DNA from: a virus
Strand: one strand, 5' to 3'
Virus record (IMG/VR): IMGVR_UViG_3300014913_000006
DNA length: 64,000 nt
The position numbers and the translations under genes are program-made. Positions within the stretch are counted from its first letter, which is position 1. Each line of letters starts with the position of its first letter. Below are positions 27,459 to 37,725 of the stretch, in pieces. The notes below the pieces were generated by a model that saw only the letters and a program-made list of their open reading frames with translations, was not told the DNA's origin and made no database searches.

Positions 27459-27935
27459 TTACGTTATGTCAATCGAGACCCGCGCAAAGCCAGCCGCATC
27501 GACAGTCGTCTCGAAACGACCAATCTGCGGAGCACCAGCAGCCTGCGTCTTACTGATTAGTCCACTTGCAGCCAGATAAGCAGCGTCCCCAACACTTGGT
27601 GTAGTGCCGGTGATCATATCTGTAACCACAAACCCCTTCTTGACTAGAGTACACTTGTCCCCAGGACGAATCTCCCCGTTCTCAAAGTTCGGGAAGTCCC
27701 GAGTTGCACTCATAGCCGCTGCTACCGTCTGGAGCAAGACGCCCTTGGCAATCACGCCGGATGGGTCTGCCACATAGCCCACAACGTTTGGCTCATCGAC
27801 GATGTTCACGCCGATAGCCGCGCCAGAACCTTGTGTGACGACACCAGCGCAGCCACCCCTCTCAGCCGCAACTGTAGTCCAGAAGTTGGTAATGTCGGTA
27901 ACCTCATTGTACTCACGATCTGGTTTCAAAGCCAT
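27459..27935 (-). CDS. Capsid decoration / cement protein
   Basis: MALKPDR...GVLLQ...GDKCTL..KG.VVTD...IGRF...GFARVSI; located between scaffold and capsid genes. Confidence 0.7.
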   Translation of the reverse strand: MALKPDREYNEVTDITNFWTTVAAERGGCAGVVTQGSGAAIGVNIVDEPNVVGYVADPSGVIAKGVLLQTVAAAMSATRDFPNFENGEIRPGDKCTLVKKGFVVTDMITGTTPSVGDAAYLAASGLISKTQAAGAPQIGRFETTVDAAGFARVSIDIT

Positions 27936-27937
27936 CC

Positions 27938-29464
27938 CTATTCACCCCCTTCGTCTTTCTCATCTTTGCGCCCACATAGCGCGCCTGCCACTGACAACCA
28001 TTGATCAGCCTCCGTCTTCGCCACATCCTCCGATGCGTTGAACTCGGCGCTATCGTCTTCTTCTACGTCGTTTAGAGCAGCCTCCGCTTGCTCTGCTTCC
28101 TTCTCCCGTGCCGTTGCGTCATCCGTCTTGGTCTCTGTTGCGTCAGTCTTCTCTTCCGACTCTCCGTCAACAACCTCTTCGGACTTGGCTTCGCCAGCAT
28201 ACTTCAGAACCGCTTCGAATGTCTCGTCGGTCATACCACGAAGTTCGGCTAGCGTTGCCTCTTCGTCATCAACCTTCTTAACCTCCGATAGCTTCACCAG
28301 GCGATCACGAGCCGTCTCGTTCTGGCGGATTTCGTCTAGCTCCGCATCACTCTTCTCGGCACGCTGTGTCACCTCATCGAGTTGCTTCTGAAGCTCGGCC
28401 TTTGCGGCCTCAACAGCTTCCATCTTCTCAGACGCCTCCGTCACACTGGCAGTCAGTTCCTCGACCTTGGTATTCAGAGCAGCAAGCTGCCCCTCGTAGT
28501 CCTTAGCCTGAACCTCTTCCGCTGCCTTCTGCAACTCAGCGACCTCCTTGGCTTTGCTCTCTAGACCCGCCTGAGCCTCTTCAAGCTTCGCCTGAAGTTC
28601 CTGCAATTGTTTTTCATCCACGTCTTCTACACCCCCTTCCGACAAGTCACTCAATTCAGCAGTTACAAAACTCCGCGAAGCGGCCATTTTACCTGCCGCG
28701 ACCTTAATCACCGATTCGGGATTCGCTGGGGTATCAACAAACCCCTGCGCACCGAAAATAATGTCCTTCAACACACGACCGACCTTGTAGCCCTGGTATT
28801 CCCCGCTGCCACCGTAAATCCGCAAGTGCTTAGTGAGAAACGCGGTTTTCTCAGTACGCTCGATCAATTTGACCTCACCGGTCGCGGAATCGATCAAGCC
28901 ATAACCGAAATCAGGGAACCAAGCCTCCATCGAAACGAACATCTCGCCAGCTTTCGCTTTTGTGATAATTTCGTCGATTCGCTCGGACAACTCTGGGAAT
29001 GCCCGGTATAGCACACCGGCCACTTCAATATCAAACTCGGTTGGGGGAGAGTCGCCTTCAGCTACCTCAACCTCATCACCAGATTTATCCAATGCCCTAG
29101 TCTGAACGATATGGCCCAGGATTCTCTCGGCTTGGTGGTTGTCGTTCATTGGCTTGTGAAGCGGCGACGACCGAGCCTTCCAGACCTCTTCTGGTGTGAA
29201 AACATCATCGTTCAAATTCCAGCCTGTGCTGACCAGAATTGCGACAACCAGGGCTAAATCCGGTTGTTCCTGACCGAGAAGCTCTTCCACGCTCTGTACA
29301 GTAGGGGTGGCTTTCACCAAATCGGCGACAGACATGCCATCGAAATGCTTTTCGATATTGCCAACCTGTACCCGTGCCGTGACAAATGAAGAAGAACTTC
29401 CGGCTTTGTTCATCTGGAAATCGATTCCAGCATCTTTTTCAGCTTGATAAACGCGCACGAGCAC
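27938..29464 (-). CDS. Prohead protease fused to a coiled-coil scaffold
   Basis: LVSTGWNLNDDVF, KPMNDNH..ILGHI, VSME, G.GFVDTPANPES, then an acidic coiled coil. Confidence 0.8.
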   Translation of the reverse strand: MLVRVYQAEKDAGIDFQMNKAGSSSSFVTARVQVGNIEKHFDGMSVADLVKATPTVQSVEELLGQEQPDLALVVAILVSTGWNLNDDVFTPEEVWKARSSPLHKPMNDNHQAERILGHIVQTRALDKSGDEVEVAEGDSPPTEFDIEVAGVLYRAFPELSERIDEIITKAKAGEMFVSMEAWFPDFGYGLIDSATGEVKLIERTEKTAFLTKHLRIYGGSGEYQGYKVGRVLKDIIFGAQGFVDTPANPESVIKVAAGKMAASRSFVTAELSDLSEGGVEDVDEKQLQELQAKLEEAQAGLESKAKEVAELQKAAEEVQAKDYEGQLAALNTKVEELTASVTEASEKMEAVEAAKAELQKQLDEVTQRAEKSDAELDEIRQNETARDRLVKLSEVKKVDDEEATLAELRGMTDETFEAVLKYAGEAKSEEVVDGESEEKTDATETKTDDATAREKEAEQAEAALNDVEEDDSAEFNASEDVAKTEADQWLSVAGALCGRKDEKDEGGE

Positions 29465-29479
29465 CTCCCGTCATATGGC

Positions 29480-30223
29480 TTATACACAACCATCGATCGA
29501 AAGTACACTACAACTCACCGGATAAAAAGACCTTTCACCGACAGAGTCGCCTTTATCACCATTGCACCGTGGGCACAACAAGGATAAATTCGACAAATTA
29601 AAGAGAGACCACACCTCTTCGTCGGATTTGGCAATAGCCAATGGTTGCACATGGTCAATCTGATAGCCTACCTCATCGTAATCCGAACTACACACAGGGC
29701 ACCTATTCTGTTGGACAAAACGTATATGCTCAAGATGGTCGTGTAGCTCAATTGGCGAAAATGGAAGATATCGAAAACAACCAGAAGGTGTAACCGAAGC
29801 CCCAATTTTTTTGTAGTAATTCAACCGACTTCGCAAACGATTAGCATAGTTGACTACCATGCTTTGTCGTCGCATCGTGTCATATCGCCTACGAACGACC
29901 TTCCCGCCTGTCGATTGTCTCCACTTTTGAGTGCTGACTCTTGTACATTCAGCACATTGAAGCGATTGCCCACTGTATCCATAATAATGCAGTACATCTC
30001 CGCGAGACGGACATTCAGCTATCACCTTGTTTTTGCCGAGATGAGCAACAATACGTCTCCGTAATTTGGGCCGAGGATTGGAAGTAGTAAGACCAAGGGT
30101 ATATGCCTTGCGAGTCACACTCATCCTGGAACGATCCAGACGTTGCATACAAAAGGCGATGCCATCACAATCATAATGATTGCGCAAAACGTCTGTTTCA
30201 TCTATAGTCCATCGTTTGCCCAT
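29480..30223 (-). CDS. HNH endonuclease (paralog of 12380)
   Basis: CPVC...QIDHVQPL...NLSLLCPRCNGDKG. Confidence 0.85.
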   Translation of the reverse strand: MGKRWTIDETDVLRNHYDCDGIAFCMQRLDRSRMSVTRKAYTLGLTTSNPRPKLRRRIVAHLGKNKVIAECPSRGDVLHYYGYSGQSLQCAECTRVSTQKWRQSTGGKVVRRRYDTMRRQSMVVNYANRLRSRLNYYKKIGASVTPSGCFRYLPFSPIELHDHLEHIRFVQQNRCPVCSSDYDEVGYQIDHVQPLAIAKSDEEVWSLFNLSNLSLLCPRCNGDKGDSVGERSFYPVSCSVLSIDGCV

Positions 30224-30228
30224 TATTG

Positions 30229-30552
30229 CTATTTACGGTCACGCTTGAAGAAATCAATCACATCAGCCTTGGCCTTCTCGTCATCGTGAAGAATCTTGGA
30301 CGCGAATCCTTCCTCGTCAAGCCCGGCGTGTGCTTCTGTCGCAAGCCCTTCGGGGGGCGGAAGATAAAACTGCCGCCTTTCCTTCATGCCATTGGCATTC
30401 ACAGATTCGATCGTATAACCGAATCTAACCATAGCCTCGCCACCGTAGACATACCTCTCCACGAAAATGTCATCCGCAAGGACCAGCACGCCGTTGACAG
30501 TAAGAACCACCTGCCGACTACCGGTATCCAATGAAACGTTCACAATCGCCAT
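30229..30552 (-). CDS. Hypothetical protein
   Basis: GGAGG RBS; operonic. Confidence 0.65.
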   Translation of the reverse strand: MAIVNVSLDTGSRQVVLTVNGVLVLADDIFVERYVYGGEAMVRFGYTIESVNANGMKERRQFYLPPPEGLATEAHAGLDEEGFASKILHDDEKAKADVIDFFKRDRK

Positions 30553-30554
30553 AA

Positions 30555-31214
30555 CTACCTCCCAGTAGGTTCGAGACCCTTATTCACAAACAGATGGCAG
30601 GGCCAATCATTCTGTTCCTCCACCACCCAGAAAAACTCAGACATCCTTCGCACCATCTCCACAGTTTCATCCTGTGGATAAATACGACCACCATGAAAAG
30701 AGACACAAAGTTGACCCAATCTATCCCGCAATTCGGGTTTGGCCAAGACCTCGTTCAGTATGGGGATTTCTGCCCCCTCACAGTTCAAGAAAAGCAGATC
30801 GATACGTTGGCAATCATTCTCGTCCATGATGGTATCCAGGCTAACAGACCGGATATTGCTAGTACGACGTAGACGCCTTCCCTCACCCTGATGTCGTGGA
30901 TAAACACTATTAGACGACTCTTCCACAAACTCGTAGAACTCCGCAGTACCATCAAACCCGGTAACCACAGCACGGTGAGCAGTGATAGGAGCACCTGCCT
31001 TTTCAATCCCAACGACCAAACTGTCGTGATTTTCCTTGCCAGCCTCGTAGGCTATCATGGTCAAGGCATTATCGAGTTTCTTGCACAGCTTGATACCATG
31101 CGCACCATGGATAGAACCCACTTCAACTATCACCGGGTCCGCTGGCAACATGTTAGATGCAAAGTACATGTACGTGTCACAACGATCAAACGTGAATGGA
31201 GGTGACTCCACCAT
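30555..31214 (-). CDS. FkbM-family SAM methyltransferase
   Basis: IVEVGSIHG, SVSLD...IDLLFLNCEGAE..IL, QLCVSFH. Confidence 0.8.
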   Translation of the reverse strand: MVESPPFTFDRCDTYMYFASNMLPADPVIVEVGSIHGAHGIKLCKKLDNALTMIAYEAGKENHDSLVVGIEKAGAPITAHRAVVTGFDGTAEFYEFVEESSNSVYPRHQGEGRRLRRTSNIRSVSLDTIMDENDCQRIDLLFLNCEGAEIPILNEVLAKPELRDRLGQLCVSFHGGRIYPQDETVEMVRRMSEFFWVVEEQNDWPCHLFVNKGLEPTGR

Positions 31215-31216
31215 AC

Positions 31217-33361
31217 CTAGTCTCCTGTGGGCAACACAGCCGCCCAAGCCAAAGATGCCAGTGTTCTTCGTTCCTTAGAGTTGGGCGCCTTTTTGGTTGA
31301 CAGGGTAAAGTCGGCCACCAAGTCGCAGAAACGAGCCTCCATACGACGAGCACCCTTTCCTGCGGTGGGTAATCTATCTGCGATAAGTTCCTTGGTCACA
31401 GTGTCCCCTGGACGCAAGACGGACAAGATACCACGCTTGGTTCTCTCCAACTCGGTACGCTGAGCCTTGGTGAGAGATCGCAGGTTCTTGACCTCCTGTT
31501 GTTCCAAATAGGTGCTATCCACCAATTGATCAATACGATCCATAAGCCCATCGGCTACGACACTCAGAACTGAGAGCGTCTTTGGTGTTCGTTCGTCCCT
31601 TGGCGCAGTATCCTTCGTTGACGGTGGTCGCCCAGGCGAATTGTCCCCATCGTCTTTCGGCTGATCACCACTCGGATTATCCCCGCCACCATTGTCGTCT
31701 GTGCTGGTCGGTAGCTGGCTGTTCCTATTCAAACCCTGTTTGACTTTTTCTACCTGGATAGAAAGGTCTGTTTGCTTCTCCATGACGGAGAACGGACGGT
31801 TGTATGGACCTGCCTTTTCTAGCACGCCTGGGTTTTCCTCTCTGATCTCTTGCTCCGACTTGATTCTCTCAAGTTCGATCATGTAGTTGACACCGAAGAC
31901 CTCGGTAGCCTTCTCGGATGAGATGATACCACGGTCGAGTAATTGAATCATCAACTGCTTCTCTGCTGCTTCGTCACGCAAAGACATGATACCGAAGTTG
32001 ATGGCCGGGATCTTTTTGAAGCCCATCGCATCAGCGACGAGGCGTAGTTCGCCTTCCATCCAGCGGATAGCGCGACTTCGCACGTATTCAAGACGTTCGA
32101 CAAGAGTCTTTAGCTGAACGAAAGCTGACTGTGCGTTACGTGTACCCAGATCGGCCCCACCAACCAAAGAGTCGGGAATACCGATACCACGAACGATATC
32201 ACCATTGACACCAATATACTTCTCCGCTCCTAGAATCTTATCTGTCGGTGGGTACTCTACAGTGAGATCGATCATATCGTCCCACACTAGGTCCATGACC
32301 CCGCCACCAACATTGTGTTGCAGGATGTCGATGAGTTTGTCTACAGCCGCTCCAGTAGGTAGGATTTGCTGGTCTGATTTGCCAAGCTTCCATAGGCGGA
32401 TAACGTTGATCACACCGTCAAGAGCCGCCATGTCTGCTAAACGCATTTTCTCTTTGAACATCACATCTTCGAGGACACCGTAGAGGAAGGGGGTGCCCCA
32501 ATCCTCCCAGTCGTCTTTCTTGTAGTAGTCGACGAAGATTTTGTCCATATCCAATGCGACCAGCGTGCCACTCTTCTTTGCCGCCTTCACGACTTCCTTG
32601 GGTAGCTTGGCTACAAATGCCTTCTCGGCATCGGTCTTTGGTCTTTTGATGGCATTGGCAAGAGAGTGTGGAATGCGCATCCCGAGTGCATCGGAACCGA
32701 AAAATCGACCCACTTCACCACCGATTTTCTCGACAACGACAGGTGACAAAAAGGTGTATCGCCACGGGATTTCTCTTCGGTTGGTTTTCTTCTTGGTGGT
32801 TTTGACCTTCTCGGGTGGCTCAGCGACTTTACTCTCATCGATTAGATCAAGACCGCTGACCCCGCCCCTTGTCATCTCTTTGACAGCAGGCTTGGTAATA
32901 AACGCATTCTTGCGACGAACGATTACGTTGGCATCGCGCATAAGAAGCTTCATGAAGTCGTGGGCTCTTCCTTGCAGATTCACACGTCTGGCCCACTCAC
33001 GGAAAAATCGTTCTTGTGTCTTGGTGGTGTGCTGTAGCTCAAGTCCTTCTGCGGCAAAGTCGGTCATCAGATCGATGATGTTGCGAACCATACCAACCCT
33101 GCGGTAGATAGCCTGACAAGCTACGAGGATTTCGGCGTGTTTTGTAGGCAACTTATCGTTTGGGCGCTTGCCGTCGTAGTCGTGGCGGTTATTTCCAGTG
33201 CGAAGGTTGACATCGGACGCAATGGTCCTGTGGGCGACACCATGCGTTAGGTGACATGTGTCGGGGAGTACGTGTCCTGTGATACTTTTTACACCCTTGG
33301 TGTACAACTGCCCCTTTGCTGGAGTCTTCGGCTTACTGGTGCCGGTTGTCTTCGCTGCCAT
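31217..33361 (-). CDS. Portal protein
   Basis: Follows the terminase; VRNIIDLMTDF, YYKKDDWEDWGTP, DMAALDG motifs. Confidence 0.8.
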   Translation of the reverse strand: MAAKTTGTSKPKTPAKGQLYTKGVKSITGHVLPDTCHLTHGVAHRTIASDVNLRTGNNRHDYDGKRPNDKLPTKHAEILVACQAIYRRVGMVRNIIDLMTDFAAEGLELQHTTKTQERFFREWARRVNLQGRAHDFMKLLMRDANVIVRRKNAFITKPAVKEMTRGGVSGLDLIDESKVAEPPEKVKTTKKKTNRREIPWRYTFLSPVVVEKIGGEVGRFFGSDALGMRIPHSLANAIKRPKTDAEKAFVAKLPKEVVKAAKKSGTLVALDMDKIFVDYYKKDDWEDWGTPFLYGVLEDVMFKEKMRLADMAALDGVINVIRLWKLGKSDQQILPTGAAVDKLIDILQHNVGGGVMDLVWDDMIDLTVEYPPTDKILGAEKYIGVNGDIVRGIGIPDSLVGGADLGTRNAQSAFVQLKTLVERLEYVRSRAIRWMEGELRLVADAMGFKKIPAINFGIMSLRDEAAEKQLMIQLLDRGIISSEKATEVFGVNYMIELERIKSEQEIREENPGVLEKAGPYNRPFSVMEKQTDLSIQVEKVKQGLNRNSQLPTSTDDNGGGDNPSGDQPKDDGDNSPGRPPSTKDTAPRDERTPKTLSVLSVVADGLMDRIDQLVDSTYLEQQEVKNLRSLTKAQRTELERTKRGILSVLRPGDTVTKELIADRLPTAGKGARRMEARFCDLVADFTLSTKKAPNSKERRTLASLAWAAVLPTGD

Positions 33362-33430
33362 TCTTGCCCCCTTACAGAATCAATAGCATTGCAATACGAA
33401 CTCGATCTGATTGATTATACACCACACGCT

Positions 33431-36400
33431 CTAGATTCGCTTGCCCTTCTTCACAGCCTTGAAAACCCCGCCCTGACGTGTTTCGTGGGCGTTCCTCATA
33501 CGGCCAACTCCAGCCCCACGGTACATTGCTTCGTTTTTCGGTGATTTCTTCCTTTTCTCGATATTCCCTGCCACGTCTTCATAGTCGATATCATCAGGGG
33601 TGGCGATTTCAGTGTTGTAGATGTACTTGTGAGACAGCAGGAGGGCTGTGTAGCGATCCTTGAGAAGTCTACCCTTACGGGCACGACCCTCGACGGCTCC
33701 GACCTTGACAACCTGTGGGGTGTCGAATCTCTCTCTGCCTGTCGCAGTTTCGCTCATCTGGATGGTACAAAGCTCATTCTTTAATTCTTCAAGATTGAAC
33801 ACATTTTCCTCGAAGGTGTCGAAAATGACACCAGCCGACTTTTCAGCCTCTATGGCGGCATACATTTTCACGCTATCGAAGGCGGGGAACAATAGGGTAC
33901 GTGTCTCCAGGCTCTTGTGCAGGGCAATGTTGGCATCCTGGTTGTACTCAGTGCTTTGCTTGACGAGATGGAGGATGTGGCGTCCATCTGTCTCGCCATC
34001 GGTTTCCTTCGGTTCGTCGAAGTCGATTACCTCATAGATCGGGAAATCGCCCTCATCCATATTCATCAGTTTCTTGTTTCGCAACATCTCCGCTACGGCG
34101 TAGCCACCACCCTGACTATCCATCTCGATGCGCACAGGACTGAATAGCCGAACCACTTCACGAATCCTCGCACAACAATATGCGTAGTAGTCATCGTCGG
34201 TAATCAACCCGCGCTTCTTGCGCTTCATGAATTCCTTTTTGTTCACAGCCCAACAATAGACTACGCGATAGTGGTTGGGCCAAACTTCGGTCATAGTGAT
34301 CGCAAGATTGTCTCGTTCGGCAGCGGGGTCAACACCCATCACATACTTCCGCTTCGACTGGGCTCTCATAAGTGGAGTGAATGTTACAGCACCGTCTGGT
34401 GTTGTTATCGGCTTATTGGGTCCGACAGTACATGCCTCAATCAAGCTACGTGGATAGAACCCATCTGAGTCTTTGACGAAAACAGCCCCATACTCCATGA
34501 GGTAGATGTTGCGAGGGAGTGTCGCCTTGGCGTGAGCCAACTGTCTTTGGTCCAGTAGGCCTTCGGGTAGATGTGTATGCGGGATACGAATGATAGAATA
34601 GTCCCTATGGTTGAAGCCATCGGGGACGAGGTTCTCGCCTCCGAAAATCTGAGCCACCTTCTCTGGATCACCTTTGCTGGCAATGATCTCTTTCCACATC
34701 TGATATCTCTTGGCAAAATGATTGAAAGCATAGTATGCTGTACCAGAATACACGATTTGGTTACCGCGCATCTTATCATCGTCGGTTGTCAGTCTCTTCT
34801 TCTCCCCTGCTGGCAGATCGAGTTTTGCCAACTGTTTCTCAAATGCTAGTTTCTTCGCTTCCTCCACAGGAGTTTTTGCCGTCGCGGCAAAACCACGCAC
34901 AACCACATCGAATACATCCTCTGGGATGGATGCGAACTCGTCGGCGATAACGACGTTAGCGCGGAAACCTCTGATTTTCGTGTTGTGACTGTAAAAGCCA
35001 TTGGCACAATATTCATGGCCATCTGGAACATGAACATCGAATGCAACACACTCATCATCTTCTATTGAAACGATTTCGTCATAATAAACATCTGGATCAG
35101 CAAGACAACGAACAGTATCAATGCGTGAATCATCTATGTGTCCATAAACTCGTAGAAAATTATCAACCAATGGCCTACTAACGGATTTTTTAACTTTTAG
35201 TCCACCCGCACAAACAGAAACACAATTGCTAGTACCGTGTTCAGCTCGATTGTTCTCTGAAATATCTATCATATCATCTAATACATCTGGAATGTTATCG
35301 TTCTGATCCATCCATCGTTTTTTCTTCTCGATTCCAGCCAGTAATTTATCTTGTTTCCTCTTCAGACGAAAACCTATTTCAGTAGCGAAAATCAACACGT
35401 CCCTACCAGTTATTGAAAGCTCATAGCATTCTTCCCATTTTTCGTCACGTTTACGAGATTTGACATGTGCTACGATTCCATAATGCAATAATATATACTG
35501 AAGTTGTCTAACTAGTTCTCTGCTGGTGTTATAAAATGTGACACCTATCTGGGTGCCACCTCGCTCTGTTGTAACCTGAACATGGCCATCCGTGTCGAAC
35601 AAACCGGAAATAAAAGCGGATGTTATATTACGTGGTGATTTGAGAATGGTGGACGGGAATTGTTTGTCTTTTGTTTTGAGATGATCAACGTCTATATCAA
35701 ATCTTCTGAATATAGCATCAATCTTTTTGTGTCCATACATATTCCAATGCACTATATCGGAAGATTGCTTGAAAGGACCAACAGCCTGAATGGCCTCGGC
35801 TAATTCTGTATCTTGTGTAGCAAAACCCAATCTGTATCCATTTTGGGCAATGAAACATCCACCCCCAGTAAGCAAACCGATACCATAAGCTTCGCTTTCT
35901 GAAATCTCACCATTTCCATTATGCCAGCGGACAGAACGATCTAATAAAATACGATCACCAATTTTTATTTCATCCATCTGTACCCACACAACACACTTGT
36001 TTCTAACAACTTTTAATCGATGATTATGAGTTGCGTTAAATTCGAATCCATGATGTGTCTTGATTTTTTTGGTTTTGGATGTTCCATTGCAATAAGATTC
36101 ATCACTCAATCTGAATTCTTTATTACCCCATACCAGTCTTTCTCTGTCTACGATATTTTTAGCAGATTGAAATAATGGCTGATCATCTGCGAGGGTTCCG
36201 AAACCATCTCCATAAAGTGTAAGCGTATCTTTTGAAGCACAGCCGTCCCCCATAGGCAGTGCGTAGATAATCGAATCGCCAATGCGAAAATAGCAAAGGT
36301 CCACATTCTGTCTGGGGCCAGCCTTCTTCCCGCCACCGACAATGTTGCGAAGAACAGGAGCATTTGTCCAGATGGTATCTATGTAGTTGAACACCAATCG

Positions 36401-36793
36401 AGCTTGACGTAAACCAGCACCAACGATAACGATCTTGGCACCTGGGTCCAACAACGCCCTTAGAACTGCATACACGGCCAGCATAAAGGACTTACTACCA
36501 CCACGACAGGCGATCAGCATTGGGAACGGAGTGTTCCACATCATCTGAAGCGTAGCGATCTGGATAGGAAACAGATCAAGCCCTAAGACCACCTTCGCTG
36601 TCCAGCCAATGTAGTTGATATCGAGCATCCTGCTGACGACTACCTGATCCAGCGGGTCTTTGGATTGCTTCAAATCCGTGAAAATGTGTTTGCGCACTGT
36701 TGGCACACGATCACGGTATGGGAACAGATACCCATATCGGCCTTGATCTGAATGCAATAAATCGTGTAATATTGTTTGTTGTTTTTTATTCAT
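33431..36793 (-). CDS. terL: Terminase large subunit containing an intein
   Basis: Walker A-like ACRGGSKSF, Walker B IRGFRANVVIADEF, MEYGA.F, nuclease MGVDPA and KDRYTA. Confidence 0.9.
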   Translation of the reverse strand: MNKKQQTILHDLLHSDQGRYGYLFPYRDRVPTVRKHIFTDLKQSKDPLDQVVVSRMLDINYIGWTAKVVLGLDLFPIQIATLQMMWNTPFPMLIACRGGSKSFMLAVYAVLRALLDPGAKIVIVGAGLRQARLVFNYIDTIWTNAPVLRNIVGGGKKAGPRQNVDLCYFRIGDSIIYALPMGDGCASKDTLTLYGDGFGTLADDQPLFQSAKNIVDRERLVWGNKEFRLSDESYCNGTSKTKKIKTHHGFEFNATHNHRLKVVRNKCVVWVQMDEIKIGDRILLDRSVRWHNGNGEISESEAYGIGLLTGGGCFIAQNGYRLGFATQDTELAEAIQAVGPFKQSSDIVHWNMYGHKKIDAIFRRFDIDVDHLKTKDKQFPSTILKSPRNITSAFISGLFDTDGHVQVTTERGGTQIGVTFYNTSRELVRQLQYILLHYGIVAHVKSRKRDEKWEECYELSITGRDVLIFATEIGFRLKRKQDKLLAGIEKKKRWMDQNDNIPDVLDDMIDISENNRAEHGTSNCVSVCAGGLKVKKSVSRPLVDNFLRVYGHIDDSRIDTVRCLADPDVYYDEIVSIEDDECVAFDVHVPDGHEYCANGFYSHNTKIRGFRANVVIADEFASIPEDVFDVVVRGFAATAKTPVEEAKKLAFEKQLAKLDLPAGEKKRLTTDDDKMRGNQIVYSGTAYYAFNHFAKRYQMWKEIIASKGDPEKVAQIFGGENLVPDGFNHRDYSIIRIPHTHLPEGLLDQRQLAHAKATLPRNIYLMEYGAVFVKDSDGFYPRSLIEACTVGPNKPITTPDGAVTFTPLMRAQSKRKYVMGVDPAAERDNLAITMTEVWPNHYRVVYCWAVNKKEFMKRKKRGLITDDDYYAYCCARIREVVRLFSPVRIEMDSQGGGYAVAEMLRNKKLMNMDEGDFPIYEVIDFDEPKETDGETDGRHILHLVKQSTEYNQDANIALHKSLETRTLLFPAFDSVKMYAAIEAEKSAGVIFDTFEENVFNLEELKNELCTIQMSETATGRERFDTPQVVKVGAVEGRARKGRLLKDRYTALLLSHKYIYNTEIATPDDIDYEDVAGNIEKRKKSPKNEAMYRGAGVGRMRNAHETRQGGVFKAVKKGKRI
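34982..36241 (-). mobile_element. Intein (420 aa) with LAGLIDADG endonuclease
   Basis: GDG|CASKDT ... ATHNH (block B) ... FISGLFDTDG ... FDVHVPDGHEYCANGFYSHN|T; lower GC than the exteins. Confidence 0.92.
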
Positions 36794-37190
36794 ATCGAAT
36801 ATCCAACCTATCTTTTTTAACATACCTGTTACACGCCAGACACAAAAGAGATAAATTGTTGAGATCAAAAAGCGTTGCCAACTGTTCACGAGATAATGCT
36901 GACGAAATTGGTATAAACCGATGTTCGTAGTTACCTAATTTTGTAGACCGCCTCTTTCTAACCCATTCGTTTTTCTTCTTCTTATATGAATCTGTCGAAT
37001 GATTGATTTTCTGATGTTGTCGCCGACACAGCAAACATTCCGGTTTCCCAGAAGGGTTGATATAAAATTCTGTTATCCCATGATGTCTACAAAGCATTAA
37101 AGCTCTCTTGTCATCAATCTTACGAATGATCGCTTTTTTGGGTTGACCAGGGGTAATATTCGTACTGAGATCATATCTCTTAGCACCCAA
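36786..37190 (-). pseudogene. HNH endonuclease with an in-frame internal deletion
   Basis: Aligns with 12380/29480 but jumps from LGNYEHR to FIPISSA, losing the CxxC...IDH segment. Confidence 0.7.
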
Positions 37191-37725
37191 GGCAATCCCC
37201 TCCCGACTTCGGTTTGGGTTCCTGGTGGACCCAACGGTCCTTCTCTACTCTAACAACTTCTTCGAAAATCATCTGAGCCACCTTGCGACCACACTGTCCT
37301 GCTGGTATGATGTTGACACCATACTTGGCTGTCAGATACATCAACCATCGTACCAACGATTTGCCTGGAACACCTTTGGCAAACTGTGGTGGAGATAGCT
37401 CAAGAATATCAGGGGTCAACGACGATTCCACAATAATGTACGCATGTTTGAGTTCCGACATACGTTCCATCTCTGCCTCAAAAGCTGGCCGCTTTTTGGC
37501 GCTGTAGTTTCCCCACAATTCTGAAAATGCAAACTTGCGTTCCACGGCTAGGATGTCAGTATACCCAACCAGACTATAGTCCCCCGTTTGCACCGTGTCG
37601 ACAATTGTTCCCGCGCATTTTGGGGGACGACGATCGGGCACATGCGCATCAAAGAACCACCCATGACCCTCCTGTTCACGGGTGTCTCTGATCACTGTGT
37701 ATGTGGGAAGAACTAGGCGCGGCAT
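37180..37725 (-). CDS. ERCC4/XPF-family nuclease
   Basis: DTREQ, TGDYSL, AVERK, F..EMERM. Confidence 0.85.
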   Translation of the reverse strand: MPRLVLPTYTVIRDTREQEGHGWFFDAHVPDRRPPKCAGTIVDTVQTGDYSLVGYTDILAVERKFAFSELWGNYSAKKRPAFEAEMERMSELKHAYIIVESSLTPDILELSPPQFAKGVPGKSLVRWLMYLTAKYGVNIIPAGQCGRKVAQMIFEEVVRVEKDRWVHQEPKPKSGGDCLGC

